This document shows positions 57,517 to 64,000 of a DNA stretch of 64,000 nt, in pieces. The position numbers and the translations under genes are program-made. The notes beneath the pieces are model-generated. The model saw nothing but the letters and a program-made list of their open reading frames with translations. It was not told the DNA's origin and ran no database searches. The first letter of the stretch is position 1. Each line of letters starts with the position of its first letter. Source of the DNA: a virus. Location: the IMG/VR virus record IMGVR_UViG_3300028654_000012, positions 1-64,000 of that record. One strand, given 5' to 3'.

Positions 57517-58200
57517 ATGAAAACAATTTTGATTTATAGCGGCGGACTTGACTCAACCACTTTGCTTTACCAGTTGAAAGCGCAGGGACGTGACGTTAAG
57601 GCCCTCTCTATCAACTACGGTCAGCGTCATTCAAAGGAACTAGATTTCGCTAAGAGAAACTGCGATGCGCTGGGAGTGGAGCACCGAACGGTAGATCTCT
57701 CTTCTCTTAAACCCTTACTGGGGGGAAGTTCTCAGACGGATGCTAGTGTAGCTGTTCCCGAAGGTCATTATGCCGCGGAGAACATGAAACTCACGGTAGT
57801 GCCTAATCGTAACATGCTTATGTTATCCGTAGCAGCTGCCTGGGCGATTGCGGAAAAGGCTGATACTATTGCCTACGCGGCGCACTCCGGAGATCATGCT
57901 ATCTACCCTGACTGTCGTGAAGAGTTTGTAGATGCTTTGAACAAGGCGTTAGGATTAGCTGATTGGCATACCGTTCAGATCGAGAGACCTTTTATCAACA
58001 TCTCTAAATCTGATATTGTTAAGTTGGGCAACGATCTTAAGGTACCTTTTGCAGATACTTGGAGTTGCTACAAGGGTGGAGATAAAGCCTGCGGAGTATG
58101 TGGTACGTGTTACGAGAGGCGCGAAGCTTTCGTAGAGGCCGGCGTTACGGACCCTACTCCTTATCTAGACTCTACTACTAAGTTTCAGGTCCCGGCATAA
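57517..58200 (+). CDS. queC: 7-cyano-7-deazaguanine synthase
   Basis: SGGLDST, YGQRHSKEL, VPNRN, YPDCR and TWSCY...CGVCGTC motifs. Confidence 0.95.
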   Translation: MKTILIYSGGLDSTTLLYQLKAQGRDVKALSINYGQRHSKELDFAKRNCDALGVEHRTVDLSSLKPLLGGSSQTDASVAVPEGHYAAENMKLTVVPNRNMLMLSVAAAWAIAEKADTIAYAAHSGDHAIYPDCREEFVDALNKALGLADWHTVQIERPFINISKSDIVKLGNDLKVPFADTWSCYKGGDKACGVCGTCYERREAFVEAGVTDPTPYLDSTTKFQVPA

Positions 58201-58201
58201 T

Positions 58202-58381
58202 ATGAGTATTAAGAAATCTAAATACTACCTAGTAAAGCATATGGCTGGCCCCGACATCATTAAGACAAATGATAAGAGGAAGATTAAGGCTTGGCTTACT
58301 AAATTCTATGAGGATTGTTCAAATCCCCCGGATCTAAATAGGCATATCTCCATACGTGAAATCGAAGTAATATCTGTATAA
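58202..58381 (+). CDS. Small hypothetical protein (59 aa; not in ORF track)
   Basis: MSIKKSKYYLVKH...EIEVISV fills the gap between queC and the 58387 gene. Confidence 0.5.
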   Translation: MSIKKSKYYLVKHMAGPDIIKTNDKRKIKAWLTKFYEDCSNPPDLNRHISIREIEVISV

Positions 58382-58386
58382 ATATC

Positions 58387-58632
58387 ATGAAAGAAAAACT
58401 AACTAAGCGGTACTCAAGAAAGCTATCCTATAAATACGCCTCAGAAGAGTTCTCTACGGAACTAACCCGAGAAGTAGATTATAATACTAAAGACGAATTC
58501 TTAGCTGCTAGTGAGAAGCTCGCCGCTCAAGTTAAGGCTCTGACAGCCCGAGATCTAGAGAAGCATTCTGAACTTTTGAAAGAAGCTGTCGAAAACGGCG
58601 ACGCTGTTAAAACACAGGAAACTACAGTTTAA
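58387..58632 (+). CDS. Hypothetical protein
   Basis: 81-aa ORF. Confidence 0.55.
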   Translation: MKEKLTKRYSRKLSYKYASEEFSTELTREVDYNTKDEFLAASEKLAAQVKALTARDLEKHSELLKEAVENGDAVKTQETTV

Positions 58633-58635
58633 TTT

Positions 58636-59178
58636 ATGATGACCGTTGAACAGAGACGAGAACTTTTACAGGAGATTAACTCCATACGTCTATCTCTCGA
58701 TAGTGATCCTGCTACTACAGGTCTTAGTCTCGTTAATGGCAAGATTGCTGAGATTCATGCCCATAAAGAGAGAGTAGGGCATATCTTATCTCAGGCCATT
58801 GAAAACGAGAGGGAAGCTAACAGACTACTCAATGAAGCTAAACTTGAGCACGAGATTAAGCTAAATAAGATTCTCGCTACTGATGAGACTGTAAGAACTC
58901 AGAAATCTCAGGATATGCGTATAGTGGCGGGTAATGCCTTAATTCCAGCTGAATACCTTCGCGTAAGACAGCTAGAAATAGAAGCGGCTGATGCCGACGC
59001 TTTCCATAAGATAGTTCAAGCCAAGTACAATCATCTAGAAGGAACTAACTCTAGCGTTTCTAGACAGATCACTGTAATTCAGTTACAGTTAGAGATTGGT
59101 GAAATTGAACGCAGATTTCCCGGTCAATGGCAGGCAGCTCCTGGACAAGGTCGTACAATAACAGTCAAAGGAAGCTAA
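58636..59178 (+). CDS. Coiled-coil protein (possible UvsY-like recombination mediator)
   Basis: Long helical protein close to SSB and RecA. Function inferred from context only. Confidence 0.35.
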   Translation: MMTVEQRRELLQEINSIRLSLDSDPATTGLSLVNGKIAEIHAHKERVGHILSQAIENEREANRLLNEAKLEHEIKLNKILATDETVRTQKSQDMRIVAGNALIPAEYLRVRQLEIEAADADAFHKIVQAKYNHLEGTNSSVSRQITVIQLQLEIGEIERRFPGQWQAAPGQGRTITVKGS

Positions 59179-59354
59179 TGGCCCGAATTGGTCTTAAGGC
59201 TCTAGGCGTTAATCTAGACCCTATTAAACATCTTACGATAGAAGAAGTATTCGGTTCAGGAATTGTTGCAGTAACAGAATGTAATAAGAAGTGGTGGAAG
59301 ATAATTAGAGATAAGGATCTTAAAATTAAATTGGACGTTAAGGGAGTAAAGTAA
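59178..59354 (+). CDS. Small hypothetical protein (58 aa)
   Basis: TAATG-coupled start at 59178 (MARIGLKALG...). Confidence 0.45.
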   Translation: MARIGLKALGVNLDPIKHLTIEEVFGSGIVAVTECNKKWWKIIRDKDLKIKLDVKGVK

Positions 59355-59355
59355 C

Positions 59356-59841
59356 ATGGGTTTTAAAATTAAGAAAGAAAAGGACATCGAAGAGGGAGAT
59401 TATCTCGCTCGTTTGTCAGATGCACAGCCTCACACAGGAGCCTTCGGCCCTTGTATTAAGTTTCAGTTTGAGGTCGTGGAAGGTGAATTTGCTGGACAGG
59501 AAGTCTCAATGATTCGTCCTGCACGTCTTGCAATGGGTAATAAGCTTGACAGAACGCTTCAGGAGATGGGTTTAGATACATCACAAATCACTGACGAAGT
59601 GGATGTAGATGTACTGAAGGGTAAGGTGTTCAAGGTTCGCATCGAGAACAAGACTAGTACAAAGGGTAAGGTGTTTGCTAACGTAATCACTGCGCGCCCG
59701 GTCTCCGGTGGATACTCTGCTCCCGTAGCTGCCACTCCTTCAACTCCTGCAGCTCCTCAGCCTCAGGTTCTACGGTCAGCGCCGCCAGCTAGACCTCAGG
59801 TAAATGCTTCTCAGCCTCCAATCGAAGACGTACCTTTCTAA
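59356..59841 (+). CDS. Single-stranded DNA-binding protein (OB-fold)
   Basis: OB-like core, a P/A-rich linker and the acidic tip IEDVPF. Confidence 0.75.
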   Translation: MGFKIKKEKDIEEGDYLARLSDAQPHTGAFGPCIKFQFEVVEGEFAGQEVSMIRPARLAMGNKLDRTLQEMGLDTSQITDEVDVDVLKGKVFKVRIENKTSTKGKVFANVITARPVSGGYSAPVAATPSTPAAPQPQVLRSAPPARPQVNASQPPIEDVPF

Positions 59842-59853
59842 TAGGAGATCAAG

Positions 59854-59964
59854 ATGAGTGAAATGGAACAAGCTAACGTAGAGCATTTGAGAGCTCAGAC
59901 AAGACTTATCAATGCTCAAGCCGCAAGTCTCGAAGCAGAACTACGTAATAAATATACGAAGTAA
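59854..59964 (+). CDS. 36-aa helical peptide (not in ORF track)
   Basis: AGGAG RBS; MSEMEQANVEHLRAQTRLINAQAASLEAELRNKYTK. Confidence 0.55.
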   Translation: MSEMEQANVEHLRAQTRLINAQAASLEAELRNKYTK

Positions 59965-59977
59965 ATAAGGGGAAATC

Positions 59978-60970
59978 ATGGACACTAAGTCGCTAAAAAG
60001 CACTTTAGATCAGATTGAAAAGGATTTGGGCCTAAAGGTACAGAAGCTGTCGGATGCTCCACCTTTAGATATCGAAACTATTAGATCGGGATCTTTCCTG
60101 CTGGACGATGCCTTAGGTGTTCCAGGATATCCTCGTGGTAGAATTATCGAAGTCTTTGGTGCTCCTTCAGGCGGAAAGACCTCCCTTGCTTTGGCCGCAG
60201 TCGCGGAAGCTCAGCGGGGTGGAGGCGTTGCTGCATTTATTGATGTAGAACATGCATTCAGTAAGCAGTACGCACGTGATCTGGGAGTGGATGTAGATAA
60301 TCTATACTTTGTACAACCTGATTACGGCGAGCAAGCTCTAGAGACTCTTGAACGACTCATTGCCTCGAATGCCTTTGATATCATCGTCTTAGACAGTACT
60401 GCAGCTCTAGTGCCTAAGGCGGAGTTGGATGAGGATATGGAAAAACAGTCAATGGGGCTCCAAGCGCGACTCTTGAGCAAAGCTTGCCGCAAGATTACTC
60501 CTATCATTGGTAAGACGAAGACGGTAGTAATCTTTATTAACCAGATTCGTCAGAGCATGTCTATGTACGGATCCCCTACTACAACTCCTGGAGGAGAAGC
60601 TCTCAAGTTCTACAGCTCCGTCCGTCTGAGTGTTAGAAAGGTATCGGGCTCGGAATTGAAAGAAGGGTCTAATATCTTAGGTCATAAGATGGCTATCAAC
60701 GTAGTCAAGAATAAAGTAGCCCCTCCTATGAAGACGGCTGAACTTACCTTCCTATATGGTAAGGGCATTGATAGAGTTACCGATCTAATCGAGTACGCTC
60801 TAGATAAGGGGTTCTTAGAACATAAAGGGCATACCTATATCTTCGAAGATCAGAAGTGGGTAGGTAGAGAGAATGCTGCCGAAGGCATTCGTAATAATCC
60901 TGAGATCTATAAAGCTATCGCTCAGAAGGTAATGGATACTCAGGGGACAAAAGCTACAGCGAGTAACTAA
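59978..60970 (+). CDS. recA: RecA recombinase
   Basis: GYPRGRIIEVFGAPSGGKT, AFIDVEH, MGLQARL, FINQIR and TTPGGEALKFYSSVR motifs. Confidence 0.95.
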   Translation: MDTKSLKSTLDQIEKDLGLKVQKLSDAPPLDIETIRSGSFLLDDALGVPGYPRGRIIEVFGAPSGGKTSLALAAVAEAQRGGGVAAFIDVEHAFSKQYARDLGVDVDNLYFVQPDYGEQALETLERLIASNAFDIIVLDSTAALVPKAELDEDMEKQSMGLQARLLSKACRKITPIIGKTKTVVIFINQIRQSMSMYGSPTTTPGGEALKFYSSVRLSVRKVSGSELKEGSNILGHKMAINVVKNKVAPPMKTAELTFLYGKGIDRVTDLIEYALDKGFLEHKGHTYIFEDQKWVGRENAAEGIRNNPEIYKAIAQKVMDTQGTKATASN

Positions 60971-61476
60971 TGACTGCTCTCACTTCAACAGACGGAACTA
61001 CTTTTACTATAAACCTTCCTACTAATAGTTCTACTACTACCTCTGCATCCACTGCATCCACTGCATCCACTGCAGGAGTTTGTATTAGTAATAGTGGGGG
61101 TGGAGGTCAGTTAGGAACTTACGGTCCTTGTATACATGGTAACTATGGTCAATGCTATACCTGTTACCCCTCATATACTCAGACATGTACGTGCGCCGTA
61201 TATGGTTCTGTATGCCCCATACATACTCTTCAAAATAGCGGCTCAATAACTGTTACCCCCTCATGGACTACTTGGCCTCCTGCTCCTCCGGCCGTAGACC
61301 TACACGCTAAAGAAGGTCATGCTGTTACCCACGAAATGGTGACCGACTCTAAAGGATTAAAGATAGTATTTAAATGTTCTTTCTGCTCTGAAGTTATCTA
61401 TAAAAAGTACATAGTTCGAATCCCTCGAAAAGTCAGAGAAGAAAAATGTCTAGTAAGAGTACTCAACCACAGGTAG
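60970..61476 (+). CDS. Cys/His-rich hypothetical protein
   Basis: CIHG...CYTC, CTC...CPIH and CSFC motifs; S/T-rich N-terminus. Confidence 0.55.
   Translation: MTALTSTDGTTFTINLPTNSSTTTSASTASTASTAGVCISNSGGGGQLGTYGPCIHGNYGQCYTCYPSYTQTCTCAVYGSVCPIHTLQNSGSITVTPSWTTWPPAPPAVDLHAKEGHAVTHEMVTDSKGLKIVFKCSFCSEVIYKKYIVRIPRKVREEKCLVRVLNHR
61043..61074 (+). repeat. 9-bp tandem repeat (CTGCATCCA x3.5)
   Basis: Read directly; encodes the ASTASTASTA run. Confidence 0.9.
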
Positions 61477-61655
61477 AGTCGTGGCTTTGCTGTACTCTTA
61501 CCCCTGAACTTATCTGCGCTAGATGTGGATTACTTGTTTGTGAAGCACATTCAACCGTAGGCGGATTCAGAGAAGTTTGGGAGAGAACAGGTCCTTGCCC
61601 TAAAGATCCTGAAGAGATGGGTCATTATTGGCACGTATCGCCCCGCAACAATTAA
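61446..61655 (+). CDS. Small Cys-rich protein (zinc-finger-like)
   Basis: CC...CARC...CEAH...CP...H. Confidence 0.45.
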   Translation: MSSKSTQPQVESWLCCTLTPELICARCGLLVCEAHSTVGGFREVWERTGPCPKDPEEMGHYWHVSPRNN

Positions 61656-61678
61656 TACGATTACTCGTATTATAAAAT

Positions 61679-62395
61679 ATGAAACTAAAAGTCAATGAAA
61701 TTTATGGGCCCGTAAAGCAGGGCGAAGGTAAATCATCTGGACTAGATGTTCTCTTCTTGAGACTATCTGGATGCAACTTAGCTTGTTCTTGGTGTGATAC
61801 TCCTTACACATGGAACTGGGTAGGTACCAAGTTCGTTCACCCGGAGAAGTTTGATCCTATGAAAGAAATCGTTTTCATGGATACTAACGAAGTTAAGGTT
61901 GAATTAGATAAGCTTAATACTAAGGCCGTAGTAATCTCTGGTGGAGAACCTATGCTCCAACAGAAGCCTCTCCTCCCCTTGATTCAGGCCCTCAAGGCCG
62001 ATAACTATTGGGTTGAGATTGAGACAAATGGTACTATAGCTCCCGAGCCCGAATTTCTTAATCTGGTAGACCAGATTAACTGCAGTCCTAAATTATCCAA
62101 TTCAGGGCCTGATAATCGTCTCTCTATGAGAGAAAGACCTGAAGCACTTACTGCTTTAGCTGATTCCCCTAAGGTCTCTTTTAAGTTTGTAGTATCCTCT
62201 GATAAGGATATGGTGGAGATTGACTCACTAATTTCTAGGTTCTCTATGAAAGAGGTTTACCTCATGCCGGAAGGTAAGACTCGGGTAGAACAATTAGCTC
62301 GCCAGGATAAGATTAAAAAGCTTTGTGAAGAAAAAGGATTCAAGTTTAGCCCCCGACTACATGTATTAGAGAATGACTCTAAACGGCGGATCTAA
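61679..62395 (+). CDS. queE: 7-carboxy-7-deazaguanine synthase (radical SAM)
   Basis: VNEIY...QGEG, LRLSGCNLACSWCDT, SGGEP, IETNGT, SPKL and SPRLH motifs. Confidence 0.9.
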   Translation: MKLKVNEIYGPVKQGEGKSSGLDVLFLRLSGCNLACSWCDTPYTWNWVGTKFVHPEKFDPMKEIVFMDTNEVKVELDKLNTKAVVISGGEPMLQQKPLLPLIQALKADNYWVEIETNGTIAPEPEFLNLVDQINCSPKLSNSGPDNRLSMRERPEALTALADSPKVSFKFVVSSDKDMVEIDSLISRFSMKEVYLMPEGKTRVEQLARQDKIKKLCEEKGFKFSPRLHVLENDSKRRI

Positions 62396-62398
62396 ACT

Positions 62399-63424
62399 AT
62401 GGCTCACCTTTATCATCTTCTTACCTATCTATTTGTACTAGGCGTTGTCGTTACCCTCCATGAAATGGGCCATTATCTGGCCTGCAAATCTCAAGGAATA
62501 AGAGTAGACACCTTCTCCCTAGGCTTCGGCCCAGTACTAGCTAGCACTACTCTATGGGGAACTCTTTTTACACTCAGGCTAATACCCTTAGGGGGATTTA
62601 TTATTCCTGCTGGAGCCGGCAACCGCCCTGAAACTGCTACTGAAGGAGAGTACTTCAGTAAAGCGTGGTATAAGCGCCTTATCGTAGTATACGCAGGACC
62701 AGCTATGAACTTCGTTCTAGCCTTCCTTATCTTTGTAGGATTACTGTGGGCTAGAGGAATTCCTAGCTACACTGATGATTCTATTATAGGGCAGATGGAG
62801 AAAGGTTCCTTAGCGGACAAGGCTGGGCTACTTCCCGGTGACGAAATAATGTATGTCAACGAGGAACCTGTAGACACTTGGCATCGTATGCGGTTGGAGA
62901 TTTCTGTTTCAGGACCGGACTTAAGCCTTGTTGTTCTCCGAGGACACGCTTTAAAAACTTTTCACATTCCTTTCGGAATAGAACCTCCCCGCCTCCTAGG
63001 AATCCTGCCTCTGCAAACATACACTCCTCTAGGTTTAGTAGCCGCTAGTAAGGAAAGTGCTAGTATATGCACTTTCCAAGTCACTCAAACTTACCAAATC
63101 CTTTCAGCTAATTTAAGGCATGGTAAGAAAGCCGAGCTAGCAGGCCCTATAGGCATCTATCAAGCTGTAGCACAAGCCTCCTCAGATTGGGTAGAGACTT
63201 TTTCGCTCATGGCTATAATCTCACTATCACTAGGCATCTTTAACCTACTACCTATTCCTCTATTAGACGGAGGAACAGGAGTTCTATTCTGGTGGGAAGG
63301 ATTAACCGGAAAGTATCCCTCCACCTTAGTTGTAAATATATTCCAGCTAGTAGGCTTAGTTGTTATAGGCTTTATTCTCCTGTTCGCCACAGCAGGAGAT
63401 ATAGGCAGACTTCTAGGTCATTAA
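62399..63424 (+). CDS. rseP: RseP-like site-2 (M50) intramembrane metalloprotease with a PDZ domain
   Basis: HEMGH, FSLGFGP, PLGGF, AGPAMN, PDZ-like AGLLPGDEI, and NLLPIPLLDGG. Confidence 0.9.
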   Translation: MAHLYHLLTYLFVLGVVVTLHEMGHYLACKSQGIRVDTFSLGFGPVLASTTLWGTLFTLRLIPLGGFIIPAGAGNRPETATEGEYFSKAWYKRLIVVYAGPAMNFVLAFLIFVGLLWARGIPSYTDDSIIGQMEKGSLADKAGLLPGDEIMYVNEEPVDTWHRMRLEISVSGPDLSLVVLRGHALKTFHIPFGIEPPRLLGILPLQTYTPLGLVAASKESASICTFQVTQTYQILSANLRHGKKAELAGPIGIYQAVAQASSDWVETFSLMAIISLSLGIFNLLPIPLLDGGTGVLFWWEGLTGKYPSTLVVNIFQLVGLVVIGFILLFATAGDIGRLLGH

Positions 63425-63462
63425 TCCCCTTCCTAAAGAGAGTTACTACCTGTATTAATTAG

Positions 63463-64000
63463 GTGGTTACAATCAAATCTCTTCGCCTGCAAAACTTCCA
63501 GGCACACAAAGACACTACTATAGACTTTGACGATTACTTCAATTGCGTTATTGGGGCAACTCGATCAGGTAAGTCCGCTATGGTACGAGCTCTTAATTTC
63601 CTAATATATAATGTATGGCACTCTGCTTATGTAAGGCATGGTAGTACCGAGGTAGTAATCACCGCGACTTTATCAAATGGGTTCACCGTTGTTCGTACCA
63701 AAGGGGATAAGATTAACCAGATTGATGTAAGAGACCCTCAGGGAAAGGTTAAGACATATGATAGTTTCGGTACGAACTTACCTAAGGAAGTGTGTACTGT
63801 GCTAGGTATTAATCCCCTTCAGATAGATGAAGACGAGTTCATTATGTCTAACGTGGTAGACCAAGATGAACCCATGTTCCTCTTAAAAGAAAGTGGACCT
63901 ACTAAAACAAAGATCCTTGCTCGATTAGCCGGGTTACATTGGATAGATTTTGCATTAAAAGACCTTAATAAAGATAGGCGGCGACTATCCGGAGAAACAG
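63463..64000 (+). CDS. SbcC/Rad50/gp46-like ATPase (3'-partial; not in ORF track)
   Basis: A GTG start gives MVTIKSLRLQNFQAH...NCVIGATRSGKSAMVRAL...DQDEPMFLL, open to the window end. Confidence 0.85.
   Translation, partial: MVTIKSLRLQNFQAHKDTTIDFDDYFNCVIGATRSGKSAMVRALNFLIYNVWHSAYVRHGSTEVVITATLSNGFTVVRTKGDKINQIDVRDPQGKVKTYDSFGTNLPKEVCTVLGINPLQIDEDEFIMSNVVDQDEPMFLLKESGPTKTKILARLAGLHWIDFALKDLNKDRRRLSGET

Noticed and set aside
450-63390. Numerous minus-strand and alternative-frame ORFs in the track (e.g. 665-1327, 808-1134, 1984-2385, 43251-44255, 53485-53994)
   Set aside because: They are shadows of long + strand genes with biased codons. They have no RBS or recognisable motifs and overlap well-supported genes completely.
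59978-63424. Host chromosomal origin for recA, queE and rseP
   Set aside because: They are interleaved and translationally coupled with phage-type genes (SSB, small ORFs, gp46-like ATPase) on the same strand, with no host operon context. A chimera still cannot be excluded without reads.

Overview
This 64 kb window is a segment of a large contractile-tailed (myovirus-like) phage genome, with essentially all genes on the + strand in the standard genetic code. Bases 1-49.4 kb form the virion morphogenesis and lysis region: scaffold-like protein, head decoration protein, major capsid, a first fibre/adhesin cluster, neck, tail sheath, two tube paralogues, a tail chaperone with a -1 frameshift, tape measure, baseplate, a second fibre cluster, and a split lysis module. 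An AT-rich palindromic non-coding gap at 49.4-49.9 kb is a candidate origin. Bases 49.9-64 kb form a replication/recombination/auxiliary module: cold-shock protein, HAD hydrolase, SF2 helicase, DnaC-like loader, AAA ATPase, DnaB, sigma-like factor, CHC2 zinc finger, QueC, SSB, RecA, QueE, an RseP-like protease and a partial SbcC/Rad50-like ATPase. The most striking feature is four DUF3494-type ice-binding-like domains in virion genes. One is inserted in the tail sheath, two sit in baseplate-region proteins inside a repeat-IBP-repeat cassette, and one is fused to an N-terminal module shared with a giant fibre. A ~110-aa domain has also been inserted in frame at seven or more sites in structural genes. 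All family assignments come from motif recognition and gene order; no database searches were run.
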